A DNA stretch of 63,958 nt, the filler included, from Thelocarpon superellum (taxonomy: Eukaryota): assembly GCA_026025795.1 (NCBI GenBank). It is 15 parts of 15 records of this genome, joined end to end, with 100 filler letters (N's around TTAATTAATTAA, not from the genome) between each part and the next. Parts side by side here need not be neighbours in the genome. Positions count along the whole stretch, not along the records: positions 1 to 4,415 come from JAPEUG010000749.1; positions 4,516 to 8,870 come from JAPEUG010000750.1; positions 8,971 to 13,320 come from JAPEUG010000751.1; 12 more parts are not named here. One strand, written 5' to 3'. Below, one piece after another: positions 1 through 12,730 of the stretch. The notes beneath the pieces are model-generated. The model ran no database searches and was not told where the DNA came from. It saw only the letters and a list, made by a program, of their open reading frames with translations. Every line of letters starts with the position of its first letter. The first letter of the stretch is position 1. The position numbers and the translations under genes were made by a program.

Positions 1-1819
1 TCCGATTCAATTGATTTCATAGGGTACCCGTAGCTTCAACCAACGGCCCGCTTGGTCTGACGGCTCTTCTTAGTACGGTGGCGTGCCAGGGACTAAGGGT
101 AAGCCATGGGAGTCTCACAGAGGATTCATCTCGGAGACGGGTGAACTACTGCCGTCTTACTGGCTCCAGCCCGGAGGTTCAAGAAGCTTCCTGCATCGTG
201 TCCAAAGGTTCAAGGGGATTACCATATATCATGATTGATGGTCGCCGTATCCGGCAGCATCTCGCCGCACGCATGATCTTGGACCAGCGGCGTGGGTCAG
301 TCGCTGTGAGAGACGACGGTGATTGTAAAGGCCTCCATCTCTGGTAGAGATGCGGCGGTCTCCTGGCGCATGAGCTGGCTGTGTAGCGGTGACATACGCG
401 TACCTCGGGAGAACCAAGCAACGTTAACCGTTCGTGGAGCAAACGTGTCAGGGCGCGACCGGTGTCTCTAGCCTTTCGCCTCTTCGCCCAATACTTGGGA
501 GGGCTCGAGCACGAGGCTGCGCTACACCTCGTAGTCCATTATTATTCTTCCCTTTCGTGCTTGCCCACAGAGAGTCACCTCATCAGATCGGCCAGCCTTA
601 AACAATGAGTGGTGCGGGGGATGACCGGTAAGCAATCCCATCCCGGCGTCTCGGTGTGGGTCAACCATCAGACCTGAAGTGGATTTGGGGGCGGCGGCGG
701 GTCTCGGGATCTTCCCCGAGGTCTCCGACAGGGCCGCGGGGGGCTAACGCTCGTGCACCCCCAGCTGGCAGACGCAACGTGGACATCAGGCAAGCGGCGC
801 AAGCCGCCAGGGGCGCCAATCGAATGCGTCGGTACCGCCACGGCCGGCAAGCGGGGCCAGCGGTCCCAGTCTATCCAACGTCGCCGGCAATGCCTGGACG
901 GGTGGTGATCGCTCCACGCGAAACTCACCCGTTCCCAGCATGGCGGAAGACCACCACGTGCCCGTGAAGGGCTTCAACGCCCTGGAAAGCAAAGAAATGC
1001 TCCGACGAGGTAGACCATCTCACCCTTCCCGTCCAGCGGCCCGGATCACCACTCCCTGCAGAAGCCTGAGGGTGCCGTGCGGGAATGGCCGTGGCTAATC
1101 TGCCACTTCTAGGGTACCTGGAAGTGAGCCGCACCGGTAAGCGCCCTTGGCTTCCTCCGGCCATGATATGCCATCCGACGGCTCGCCCCTGATCATTGAC
1201 GCCCACCTGTTGCAGACGATGGATCGGGCGTGTACAAGTCATCTACGGGCGATGGGAATCGTGCGCGGACAGCAGGTCCGTGGGCTTCCAAGCGTGAGCT
1301 ACGTCGAATCTCCTTGCGGCCGGCGACGAGGCTGACGCCAGCAGCGAATCACATGGCTAGTGGTCAAGATTTTTTTGTCCAGCTACGCAAGGCCGTGGCT
1401 GCGTTGCAGCAGCCAGCCAACACGAACAGCTCCTAGTTCGAGACACAATGAGCCCAAGCATCGTGTGGGATCAACGGCTAACGGCGGAGGGGAGAAGATG
1501 GAGAAGCAAGAACCAGGAGTATGCGCGGGATCAGAAGCGGAGACAGAGACAGCCAGCAGCGGTCGCACGAGGGAAAAGAACAACCGAGGCACAGGATGAT
1601 GCAGACGCAGACGCAGAGGTGAAAAAGAAACCGACGCAGAAGCAGATTATATAGAGTCGTCAAATTCGTTGTTGAAAAGACGAACGCCCCCCTCGCTCCA
1701 CGCTGTTCAGATGCAAGAATAGCATGTCTTCCGTACCCATGTGACACGCCGATTACCCGCGGAGAGACACAAACATGCTCATTGCTCCAATTTCTGGTCC
1801 AACGCAGGTCCATCGAGTC

Positions 1820-2564
1820 TCATCCCGGCCGTGCGGATTTAGACTGTTTCGAAGCAGCGGCGGCGCCGGGCTCAGGCCGTCCGGAACTGCTAGGCTCGGG
1901 TCTATCAACGCGGCTGGCTTCGTGCAGTCTGGAGCCGCTTGTCCCGGGCCGCCCGAAGCCTCCTCTTCCCTCGCGAGTGTCCGCGCCGTCACTATCGGAC
2001 GGGTCGAGCTCAGAGGCGGTGTCCATGGGATCGTCTCCCTCATCCCCACCAGCGCGAGCGGGATCTAGGCCAGCGGCGATGCGTTCCTTGCGTAGAGCGC
2101 TTCGGCCCGCAGCTTGGAGGTTCTTCAGTCCCCTCTCCATACACTTGACCACGTGGTAAGCATGCTGCTGACGCGTGATTGATAGAGGAATCCGTCTGGC
2201 TTACCTTGGATTCTACGATCTGCCACTTCTCCCCCACACGCGCACCCAGCAGGCTCCACATATCCCGTCGCGCCTCCATATAGTGGCGCGCCAGATCCTC
2301 GAATCGCTCGCCGCCCCAGTCGTCGACGTTGCGCTTCTCGATCAGGCGCTCGTGACGTTTGCGGCAGGCGTTTGGGGTCTTGGTGGGGAAATGTGCGGCC
2401 TGGATGGGCGCCCAATTCAGTCCCTGCGCGCGGGCATGCAGCAAGGTCTGGTCCTCTTGTGGCGTCCAAGCCGTGGACGCTCGCTGACCAGATGGATCCA
2501 TGAGGCTCGAGATGGGTATTGCAGATGCTCGCCAGATTGATCGTGGCCTCGACGCCTTTGGCAT
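1820..2564 (-). CDS. Myb/SANT-like DNA-binding protein; 2 exons (intron 2144-2204)
   Basis: Myb-type repeat WTPQEDQTLLHARAQGLNWAPIQAAHFPTKTPNACRKRHERL and a second repeat (DW...LARHYM...MWSLLGARVGEKWQIVESK|CMERGLKNL); a GTAAGC..CTTAC..AAG intron joins ORFs 2040-2564 and 1820-2152 in frame. Confidence 0.85.
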
Positions 2565-4415
2565 GCTTCACGAGGTGACGGGCAAGAGCAGCAATGGCAA
2601 CGACGGTGGAGGACTTTAAACATCAGTTTTGCCTGTCGGGAGAACATCGCCAAGCCGGCGGTGAAGCAGGGTGGTGTAAAGGGCGGCATATGTCGGTGCA
2701 TATGGCATTGCCGAGGGATTGAAGTCGTTTCGTGAAAGCCGGACACGTCGGTTCCAAGGCCGGCTCCGGCGCGCGTTGAACAGTCTCAGGGAGGGGAGCA
2801 GAGATGGATCTCGTGTCGTGAACGTTCATGCTGTACCGTGGCTCGCCTGTAGAGGGATCGACAGCGGCTGAAACGATTCGGGTCGAAGGAGCCTCTTGGA
2901 CCATGTAGTGGGTTTGCTGGTCGAGCAGCGCAGGTTGGGCGGGTGGTGTTACTGGAGGTGTGGGGTTCCCAAACCAGGGAGCTACAGATCGATCGGACAG
3001 GCATGAGGCTGCATTTCGTCATGTTGCCGGGGGCGGCGTCAGTGCTGCTGGCCCGGGCTCGTCGCCGCTGGGCAGGACGATGGGTCGGGTGGCAGGTCAG
3101 GTGCCAAAAATGGCATCTGGGGCTCAACACTCCCAAGCCAGCCGCTACCCCATGTTCGCCGGCCGTATCAGCTGGAGCGGGATGGCGGGCGGGCGGTCGA
3201 AGAAGAGCAGGCCATGCAGGAGTCCGTGCGCAGCTGACAAGAGCTGTTCAGGAAACCAGGGAACGGACGCGTGAGAAACAGAGAGGGGCACCCGGCAGAC
3301 GAGAAAGGAGACGGTCGCGACGTCGCCGTGTCGCAGGATCAGCCCCTCCTTCAGGCTTCGTTCATACCATTGTTGCCCTTGTTCTCTTGGCCGACCATTA
3401 CGACAGTCAGGCGAGGATGCGTGCGGAAGTCGAGCAGCATCGAAGCATCAATGAAAGCGAACGGTGACATTGATGCGCTCTGGTATCATCTTCTCCGGCT
3501 TTTGGTGCTCGAAAGAATCGGACGGCAGTGGGCTCTGCCCATAATGGATGATGGGCGGCGTGTGAGCGGTGCATTTGACGTTCATGCACGCCTTTCAAGC
3601 CATCAAACCCGATCTTTTATGCGATTATGTTAATTGGATTGCTGTAACCCATTCGGGTACATTCAAGGCAAACACCATGCACCATATCCAGTGGGGAGGG
3701 AAGAGCGGGTGGTTTGGGTTTGGCCGCCGTCGCGGCCGTTCCGCCTTCCGACCCTGGTGCGGAAGAGCTGAGTACATGGAACGCGCTGACGACCGTGTCG
3801 GCCCGTACTTCCCCTGAGTGACTTCCTACGGCCTCAGCGCCCACTTAGGCGGACTATCTGTCATGCCTTGCTTGATCGTGTAAACTCGCCATCGCTCCGA
3901 CGAGGCCAGGCTTGGGCGACCAGGTCGCTTGGATTGTGTCAGGCATTTCCTAATTGACACCACGCCTTCGCCAGCAGATCTGATACCCCGATACCGTGTT
4001 CTCAAATGAGAAAGGACGATGCCACGCCAGGAGCAGATTCGTTCTGCCCGTTTGCCGGGGCTGGTACGCCATAGCATCGCAAATGCCGCGGATGAGATGA
4101 ACTTTCTTGCGTGGCGGATGTGATCTGCGCGATCGTCGCAATCTGCAACATGATGTCACGGATCGGCAGCGTGGCTGTTTGGTGGTTGACTGACGATAAT
4201 TGGACCTCACAATCAGTTTATTCTATGTGTTCTTGCAGCCGGTAGACACTCGTCTTCACACACCCCAACTCTTTCCTTGAACAGCAGACACTCTTCGTAA
4301 CTTAGGTAGGCAGGGACCTTTCAACTAGCTGCGTTTGGGTGACGGTGCTGATGCTGGTTAGTCTGGGCCGCGGTGTGCACGCAGACTACTACTCGTACTC
4401 ATTACTAGTGAAGAG

Positions 4416-4515
4416 NNNNNNNNNNNNNNNNNNNNNNNNNNNNNNNNNNNNNNNNNNNNTTAATTAATTAANNNNNNNNNNNNNNNNNNNNNNNNNNNNN
4501 NNNNNNNNNNNNNNN
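4416..4515. other. Artificial contig linker N44-TTAATTAATTAA-N44 (first of 14; others at 8871, 13321, 17758, 22132, 26494, 30819, 35142, 39424, 43676, 47916, 52135, 56320, 60454, each 100 bp)
   Basis: Identical 100-bp N blocks with a central 12-mer that gives stops in all six frames; internal contig lengths fall monotonically from 4355 to 4034 bp. Confidence 0.98.
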
Positions 4516-5271
4516 GCGATGTCTCTCTCTCCAGCGATGTCTCTCTACGTGGCAACCCCGAGCGAACAAAAATGAAGAGAAGGCTAAGATGAGACGACGA
4601 ATCAGGTATCCGCCCAAGATGATCCCCGGCTGCCACATCACGATCCACACGAGCGCGACGACAGACCGCGAGGCCCGCCTGTTGTTGAGCGCTCTGGGCA
4701 TTCCCTTCTATGGCAAGTTTGTAGATTAGACCAGACCCGACTGGATTACTGTATCATCTTCTCCTTCTACGATGTTGTCAGAGGACAGGGTCACTTTCAC
4801 TTGCATCATCGTCCATTGAAGCGTGGGGATATTGCTCTCTCTCTCTCTGTGTATAGTACAAGACAGACAAACCAGGGATAGAGGTAGATGAGTACGAAAT
4901 GCCCTCCTCGCCACTCGTCCCATTGCAGCCCATCGCACCTCGTCGTCTACCCACTGCCCCCTACCCCCTACCCACTGTCCGCCGCCCATGCCCATCAAAG
5001 GAAGTGCGCCACCGTCCATCCATGCTAGCCAGTAGCGCGACGCCATCGCCCCGTACCGAGATTTCCCCCGAAACCAGGCGTCCCAAGCTGAAGACGCAAC
5101 GGAGAAAGCAAACTGAGAATGAGTGCATGGTCGAGGGAGAGACGCCAAAGGTATTGCCAAATCTGCAACAAACGCTACGCTCCGAGGGGTCCGAAAGCAA
5201 GAAGATCAGGTGCAAGTGCAGATGCAGATTCAGATGCAAGGTGAGATGCAAGGTCGCCGGTGAGGCACAGA

Positions 5272-8177
5272 CTAGGCCGTGGGGTTGAGGAAGGGACTGA
5301 GGAGGAGCTCGTCGGCGCTGGGCCGCTTGTTGTGGTCGAGTTCGAAGGTGCGTTCGAGGAACGTCTTGGCTTCGTGGCTGGCTTGCTCGGGCATGTTGGG
5401 GCTGGCCTTGCTGTTGCCGATCTTGAAGATGGCCTGCAGCTGCGACGAGTCGGGGTAGGGGTGCGTGCCCGTGAACATCTCCACCACCAGGCAGCCCAGC
5501 GACCAGATGTCGGCCTTGCGCGTGTACGACGTCTGCTTCACCACCTCCGGCGCCATCCAGAAGACGGAGCCCTGCAGCGACGGCCGGTTACGCCCGGCCG
5601 CGCCCGAGTTGAGCAGCGAGCTGGCCTCGACGCGCTTGGAGATGCCAAAGTCCGAGATCTTGATCCCGCCCTTGTTGTCCACCAGCACGTTGGCGCCCTT
5701 GATGTCGCGGTGGATGATCTCGCGCCCGTGCAGGTACGCCAGGCCCGTGAGCGTCTGACGCACAAAGTTGCGGATCAACGGCTCGCGCAGCGGTCCATAC
5801 TGGTTCAGCATCGCCGCCACCGAGCCGCCCGGGACATACTCGAGGAAAATGTTGAGGTGGTCGTCGTCCGAGCTCGAGCCGAGGTACTGCACGATGTTGG
5901 GATGCTGCAGCTCCTTGAGCAGCCCGATCTCGCGCTTCAGCGCTTCCACCATGCTCTTCTTCTTGTTGTCCACCTGCGAGCCCGTGTCGGACGGCATCTC
6001 CACCTGCTTGACCGCCATCAGCTCGCCCGTGATGGCGTGCAGGGCCAGGTACACGCTGCCGAACGAGCCTTGCCCAATCAGCGCGCCCTTCATCCACTTG
6101 GTGTTCTCCCACGACTCCCCGGCCAGGAAGCGCGTCAATTCCTCGTCCTGCTCCTCGCCGTCTTCCGCGAGCGCCTTGGTGATCTCCGTCGCCGGGGACG
6201 GGTTGAGGTTCGTCGCCACGCCCTCGCTGGCCAGGTTCGAGGCCGAGTCGGACCCGCTTTCGAAGGATACGTACGACTTGCGGTCCGGCTCGCTGTAAGA
6301 TTCCTCACGCAGGGGCTCGAGCGACGATGATGCGACCGAGTCGCGGTAGGACGTCGGCGGAAGGCCGTACTTGGTGAGCGAGAGCGGCCGCGGCGCCGCA
6401 GACGACGACGACCCGCCCGTGAGCCAGGTGTCGGCAATGCTGGGGATGGGCGGGGCGTCCTTTAGGCTAGAGGCCATGCTGAGGTTGCTGACCGTGCTCA
6501 GTCGACTCGTGGCCCGGCTGAGGCGCATCGAACGGCGGATCGACATGCGAACCGTCTTCTCGATGTCCTCCTTTTGGTGCTCAGGGAAATAGGTGGCCAG
6601 GTCAGAGCTGATCAGCTCGCTAGGCGGGCGCTGCCCAAGGAACTGGCGCATCACCCCCGGCGGTCGCTTCTGCGGCTCGTCCATCGGACTCACCACCTCG
6701 AGATCGCGTGGGTTGGGCGGGCGCTGGAGCCCGGACGACCCGAGCGGGGTCTGGATCATGTCAAGCGATTCTCCCGTCAGCTGCGCGAGCTTGATGCCGC
6801 TGCGCGTCGTATTGTTCTGGACCGCCGCCACCTGACTGCTGTGGTATTCCTCCGTCGCGATTTGCGCCGCCCGCTGTAGCTCGTCCTCGCCAGGCTCGCC
6901 CGCGTGAATCTTGCGCAGGATGAGCCGATTCCGTTCGGCGCGGCTGCGGTCGCCACAGATGCGCACCAGCTCGGCGTCGCCGATAGGCCGGCAGAGGGCC
7001 GGATCCGGATCGGTGCCGCCCAAGACCCAGAAGCGGTAGTTTTTGACGTGATCTTCGCGCAGGCCGAATCGCTTCAGCGTCGCCCGGATGATCTCCTCCG
7101 CCGTCTTGCGGTTGCGGCTCTCGATCACGCGAGTCTCCCCACCTTGGTATATGACGCGGACGAAGTTCTGCGGCAAGGAGCCCATGGTCGAGCCGTCGAG
7201 GCTCTGGTTGTGCGAGTGGGCCGGGCGCCGGGTGGGAATCGAAGGGTCGCCAGGCGTGCCGGGACGTCGACCCGAGGAGGAACTCGCGCTGGGAGGGTTG
7301 CTCGGAAAGTAGGCGGTTTGTCCTGGCTCTCGTTTGCCCATATCCATCGGACTGGGCACGTTGTACCGCGCAGTTCGCAGTGACCGTCCCTCGCCGTCGT
7401 ACGAGGGAGAGCCGGGTCGGAGCGGGAGTTTGCCAAGATTGGCAGGCACCGAGGTGGGCATGTTGTGAGTGACCATGGAGCCATCGATGATGGTGGACTT
7501 TCGGCGGTTGAAGGCTTGCGAGGTGGAGAGGCTGCGTTGAGTGGCGGACTGGGGCGGACGCGGCGATCCCGACGAAGAGGGCGTGTACGCGGTGTTATCC
7601 AGCGCGGCAAAGGAGTCGCGATTCCGCTTCCGCTGCTTGGCGTAGGCCTTGTTCCGTAATCCCTTGATGGCGACGAAGATGCGGACCCGGTCCCCGATCT
7701 TCTTGATGCCCAGCTCCTTCAGGACGGCCTGATCACACTCGAGAAGATTGTCGCCGTTGAAGTTGTTGGCTACCGGATACGGTGACATGTCAGTCCCGTA
7801 TCCACAAACTGGTTGTCGCCGATGATACGTACCTTTGAAGAGTTGCTCATACTGCCCGCAGTTGATGGAATGCAGCCATTCGGCGACTCGCTTCTCGTCC
7901 CATGATCTGCTCCATCAACACGGTCAGTGAGGAGGCCAGCGGCGAGATGGTGGCTCGGGCGGACCGGGAGGACTTACCGGACTGAATCAGGTCCGTCGTA
8001 GATGTCCGAAAACTCCGACTCGGTCGGGCTGGCGTAGGTCGCTTGGGCAGCCGTGAGAGCAGGCTGAGTGCGGCGGTGGGACTGCGTGCTTGGCCGCAGC
8101 GCCGCGGGAACATTCTGGGTGGAGGCGGTGGTATCCCGCGCGCTCACATACGGCACTTTCGTGGCTACCATCGCCAT
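5272..8177 (-). CDS. STE11: MAP kinase kinase kinase Ste11/SteC (SAM + RA + kinase domains); introns 7907-7977 and 7770-7832
   Basis: SAM domain (WDEKRVAEWLHSINCGQYEQLFKANNFNGDNLLECDQAVLKELGIKKIGDRVRI), GQRPPSELI motif, kinase motifs GQGSFGSV, HRDIKGAN, DFG, GSVFWMAPE; GT-AG introns restore the frame. Confidence 0.96.
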
Positions 8178-9202
8178 CTTGCCGGTGATGTGGGATGGTG
8201 AGCCCCAGGTGAGGATGGAAGCGACGACGGCGGTGGGTGGTGCTGCTGGTTATGAAGAGGTCCTCCCGCGTCGGCCGTCGCGCCGAGGTTGCTGGACGCT
8301 ACGGTTTCGACAGGTCCGGATGGATCCTTCAGCACCGGGTGGTGGTGAGACGACGAGTGGCCGTCAGGACAAAGGTACACATGGAGCGGGCGAGGGCGCG
8401 AGGTGGCCAGCAACAGCAGCGGGTCGACGGGGCAAGCACGCACGGTCGTTTCGTCTCGGGTATGGTCGTTGAGTTCGCAGGGCAATCACAGTGGCAGCCG
8501 TAGAACGGACACGAGACTGTTTATGAACGAACAGTCGCGAAATGTCGCACGGTGCCGGGGGGTGAGTTGATGAAGGACGGGACCCTACGACTCCGCAGGC
8601 GTTACACCACTTCAAACGCTTGGACTAAGGGGGCCTCCGATAGTCCTTGGTGTGGCCCTGGCACCAGTGCGGTGCTGGCGGGAGCCTCTGGGTGCGAGGG
8701 GGCGTTCGTGTTTGACTTTCCCTCCGACTCGCTAAGCCGAGGCGACACCTCACCAACCGCAAGTTTCAAGATGCATCATGCCGCTGCGTCAGGCTGACGA
8801 GGCGTGGCCACCCAGCGGCTCGCTTCACTCGCAAACCTCAGGCGAGGGTTCTCGCGCTGCGAGGATATTANNNNNNNNNNNNNNNNNNNNNNNNNNNNNN
8901 NNNNNNNNNNNNNNTTAATTAATTAANNNNNNNNNNNNNNNNNNNNNNNNNNNNNNNNNNNNNNNNNNNNTGGTCGGGTCGGAAGGGAAAACACGCGAGA
9001 CCCTCAGCAGAGTTTGGCTGCACGAGACATTCGCTACGCCCTGTCGGGCCGGACGCGACTGGCGCCCAGACCAGACGATCCCGACACACCTCGTCCAACT
9101 GATCCGATCATGACATCGCGACAAGACGATCAATACGCACACGCCTCTTTGTCCACGTAACCAGACCACCTCCAGCCAGCTCGAGAGCCAAGTTTGCGGT
9201 CC

Positions 9203-12200
9203 ATGATGAGTGACCGTGGCCCCCATTCACGGCGGGCGCGTACACCACCTCCTGCCGCGCCTCTTCCACCAATAACAAACACCGACGGAACGGCGCTGTC
9301 GGAGACGCTCAAAGGCCTGTCTCTGAATACCCCGTCAGCTACGCCATTGCCAAACACTCCCCAAGGCGCCATGTACCAGAAACCCGAGATGGTGGATTCT
9401 GGCGCCGCTCATCATGGGCTCTCGTCCCCTCGAGTGCGCCGCCCCAGCTCCAGCTCGACCCACGGCGACCAGCCCTCGTCCTCTCCAACCCTGGCACACA
9501 AAGGCTCCGTTTCATCCTTGACGGGCGTCGGAAGCATCGCCAGTCCCCGCACGAACAGCATGAGGCGCGCGTCAGGCCAGTTTGCCTCCTCGCCGGCCAA
9601 GATGCATGACCGGTCGCCGACCCTCGTCCAGCCGTCGGCCCCCCCTCCTCCCACCCCGGCGTCGGTTGCGAAAGCCTGCTTCGAAAAGGAACTCGCCTTG
9701 CACGCTGCAGCCTCATCGTCGGATCTGCCATCGAAGACGATCGTCATCCTTCAAGATGATTGTTATGGACATCGCTTTTCCCGTCCGCGGACGACCCGCG
9801 CGAGCCTGAGCACCATCGTTGAACGACCCGAACGACTCAATGCGACGATCGTAGGGATAGCAGCTGCGTACGTGAGACTAGGCGGACGGCACGCCGACGG
9901 GAAGTATCCACCTCATCCGAGGCTCGTCGCACGCCCACCGCCTGACATTCCCTTTCGCATCCGAAAGTCGTCGCGACGGGTGCCCCTCTCCTCTCCCATG
10001 GTGACGCAGGTGCATGGTCCCAGATGGATGAATGAGCTCACGGCCATGTGCGAGGCGGCCGAGGCCAAGCTGGCCTTGAACGGCAAGGAGTTGGTCCGCA
10101 CCGAATCACACGCGCCTCCTGGAGAGGACCACGACCGACCGAGGCTCCATGAAGGCGACCTGTACCTGTGTCGCGAGTCTCTGGCCGCCCTCGAGGGCTG
10201 TCTCGGCGCCGTGTGCGACGGGGTCGATCGGATTTTTGGAATCGGAGAGCCGAGTCGTGCGTTTGTCAGCATCCGACCGCCGGGCCACCACTGTTCCGCC
10301 GGCTACCCGTCGGGCTTCTGCTGGCTCAACAATGTGCATGTGGGAATTGCTCATGCTGCCATGAGGCATGGTCTGACCCATGCCGCCATCATCGACTTTG
10401 ATCTCCACCACGGAGACGGGTCACAGTCGATCGCTTGGGCACACAATGCCAAAGTGGCCAGGCTGCCCAAGAACGCCCCGAACGCCAAGAAGACGTCCCT
10501 TGGCTATTTCAGTGTACACGACATCAACTCTTATCCGTGCGAGATGGGCGATGAGGAAAAGGTGCGCAACGCGAGCCTGTGTGTGGAGAGCGCCCATGGT
10601 CAGACCGTGTGGAACGTGCACCTCCAACCGTGGAAGAGCGAGGACGAATTCTGGGAACTGTACCACACTCGGTACGCCGTCATCCTCGACAAGGCCCGTA
10701 CTTTCCTCCGACACCACACCCAGCGACTCCTTGCCGCTCCCAGCTACCCTGCCCCCAAGGCCGCCATTTTCCTCTCCGCCGGCTTTGACGCCAGCGAGTG
10801 GGAGGGGGCCGGCATGCAACGACACAAGGTCAACGTCCCCACGGATTTCTACGCCACCCTGACCCGGGACGTCATCCGCATCGCCGACGAGGAAGGACTG
10901 GGCGTTGACGGCCGCATCCTCAGCGTGCTCGAGGGTGGGTACAGTAATCGTGCCTTGACCAGCGGCGTCTGGAGCCACCTGTGCGGCCTCGCTGGCGAGG
11001 ACCGCCAAACTCGGATCGTCCAAGAAGCCAATGGGCTCGGTCACGAGATGGGCAAACGCATGGGGGTGGCTCATGGTGCAGCCGACGAGGACAGTCTTAT
11101 GGCGACCGTGCCAGCCTTCGATCATGCCTGGTGGAGCGTCCAGCGCCTCGAACAACTTGACGCACTCGTCCACCCACCGCCAGCACCGCCTCCGAAGAAG
11201 ACTCGTGGCACGACCCCTCCGACCTATTCTTCCCCTACGCAGTCCTTCACTGCCAAGATCAACGCGTCGCCCGGCCTACATCGAAGCGTGTCGGGCGCTG
11301 GATCTCGTAGCTCTTCCTTGGCACCCTCACGCTCCGTCACCCCACCTCCACCCGACGTGGAGTGGCACACATCGGCTCACGAGCTGAGCAAACTTCTCAT
11401 CCCTGCCGATCGCTCCACGACCAGCTGCACACCTGAAGAGCTTTCCGCCGATGCGAGCCGGGTCAAACGCGAGCGACGATCATCCCCCGGCTTGCCCACG
11501 ACGAACGAATTGGTGGACGGAAAGCGCATGACCCTACGAGATCGCAAGGCTCGCGCGCCCGACCATATCCTTGAAGAAGAACAGCCCGACCCGGCCGTGC
11601 TTAGCAAGGCAGATCGACGGAAAACCCTCGCTGGCCCAGGCATCGTCGCGGATGACGCCGCCGGTCGGGTCGCGACTAACGGAGAGGCCTTCAAGCAACC
11701 GACGAATCAATCCCGACGGAGAATGAGCATGGCGTCCAGCGTTGGCTCGGTCGATAGTGAGCTCTCGCGCAGCTCTCGCGCTCCTTCACTGCCCCCGAAC
11801 GGCATGCCTCTTCCATCGGTCGCGAGGCCGACCAGCCAACCACGGTCCCGGGCACCGGCCTCTGGCCCAACCGTGGCAAAGAAGACACGACTGCCCAGTC
11901 ACGTCCGCACCGAAGCTTCCAAAGCCCGGACGACCAAGAAGCCCATTAGCATCTCCAAGGAAGGTCTTCCGACCCACACGGCCTCTCAGATAACTCGGTC
12001 AGGTCTGGACAACGCCACTGGCGGTGGTCAGGCTGGCACCAAGCCTCCGATATCTACCGACCCAAGCAAGCACCGAGACATAGACGCACTAGCTTCTAGC
12101 CTCACAAAAATCAAGCTTCACGTCCCACCCCGGGCCGAACACGATGCGCGAGAGAAGGAGAAGAAGAAACCAGTAGCCCGACCAAAGAAGTTGGGTCCTG

Positions 12201-12730
12201 TGAAGCCTATCGCACCAAAACCAACGAATCCACCAACAACGATGCAACATCCGCCAGTCATGGATGATCCATTCCGAGAGGGAAGAGTGCCACCACCGCC
12301 ACAAAAGCCGACCCCGTCGTCGTCGCCAGCCTTAAACGGTAGTAACCCTTCAAACGACACAACGTCATCCACCACCGCTCCGACGAGCGTTTCCAACACC
12401 TTCATCCACTATGAAGTCCTGCCGCCAAGCCAAGCACCGGACGTAAGAACCGGGTCGCTCGTCTGGCTCCCTCCCAACACGTCCACTCCGCCTGCTGGCG
12501 CACGACGAGGGGATCTTCCAACCTTTACCTCCAACTCGCCTATCCCGTTCGCCAAAGCCGCATACAGCACGTCCACGCCGGCTGCTGTCGCGGATTCACG
12601 CATCCCCCGAGCAGACCCAGGATGGCCATTGCAACAGAATCTCGTCGGACCTGAGCCCGCAAACGTCGTCAAGCCCGATCCTTCAAAGACCGAGGACATG
12701 TGGGCGGTCCCAGACACCCCACCACGATGA
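9203..12730 (+). CDS. HOS3: Histone deacetylase Hos3/HosB, intronless, with a long low-complexity C-terminal tail
   Basis: IVERPERL, RPPGHH, GFCWLNNVHVGI, DFDLHHGDG, SVHDINSYPCE, SAGFDASEWE and LEGGYS motifs typical of fungal Hos3. Confidence 0.93.
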   Translation: MMSDRGPHSRRARTPPPAAPLPPITNTDGTALSETLKGLSLNTPSATPLPNTPQGAMYQKPEMVDSGAAHHGLSSPRVRRPSSSSTHGDQPSSSPTLAHKGSVSSLTGVGSIASPRTNSMRRASGQFASSPAKMHDRSPTLVQPSAPPPPTPASVAKACFEKELALHAAASSSDLPSKTIVILQDDCYGHRFSRPRTTRASLSTIVERPERLNATIVGIAAAYVRLGGRHADGKYPPHPRLVARPPPDIPFRIRKSSRRVPLSSPMVTQVHGPRWMNELTAMCEAAEAKLALNGKELVRTESHAPPGEDHDRPRLHEGDLYLCRESLAALEGCLGAVCDGVDRIFGIGEPSRAFVSIRPPGHHCSAGYPSGFCWLNNVHVGIAHAAMRHGLTHAAIIDFDLHHGDGSQSIAWAHNAKVARLPKNAPNAKKTSLGYFSVHDINSYPCEMGDEEKVRNASLCVESAHGQTVWNVHLQPWKSEDEFWELYHTRYAVILDKARTFLRHHTQRLLAAPSYPAPKAAIFLSAGFDASEWEGAGMQRHKVNVPTDFYATLTRDVIRIADEEGLGVDGRILSVLEGGYSNRALTSGVWSHLCGLAGEDRQTRIVQEANGLGHEMGKRMGVAHGAADEDSLMATVPAFDHAWWSVQRLEQLDALVHPPPAPPPKKTRGTTPPTYSSPTQSFTAKINASPGLHRSVSGAGSRSSSLAPSRSVTPPPPDVEWHTSAHELSKLLIPADRSTTSCTPEELSADASRVKRERRSSPGLPTTNELVDGKRMTLRDRKARAPDHILEEEQPDPAVLSKADRRKTLAGPGIVADDAAGRVATNGEAFKQPTNQSRRRMSMASSVGSVDSELSRSSRAPSLPPNGMPLPSVARPTSQPRSRAPASGPTVAKKTRLPSHVRTEASKARTTKKPISISKEGLPTHTASQITRSGLDNATGGGQAGTKPPISTDPSKHRDIDALASSLTKIKLHVPPRAEHDAREKEKKKPVARPKKLGPVKPIAPKPTNPPTTMQHPPVMDDPFREGRVPPPPQKPTPSSSPALNGSNPSNDTTSSTTAPTSVSNTFIHYEVLPPSQAPDVRTGSLVWLPPNTSTPPAGARRGDLPTFTSNSPIPFAKAAYSTSTPAAVADSRIPRADPGWPLQQNLVGPEPANVVKPDPSKTEDMWAVPDTPPR

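Noticed and set aside
4460..4471. TTAATTAATTAA repeated about every 4.3 kb as a regularly spaced biological repeat or CRISPR-like array
   Set aside because: Always centred in N runs; it is a six-frame-stop assembly linker, and ORFs ending in X...LIN are artefacts
5260..6330. Long antisense ORFs opposite STE11 (also 37216-38118 opposite CWC22 and 10421-11173 opposite HOS3)
   Set aside because: Expected shadows of high-GC3 codon usage; no recognisable motifs
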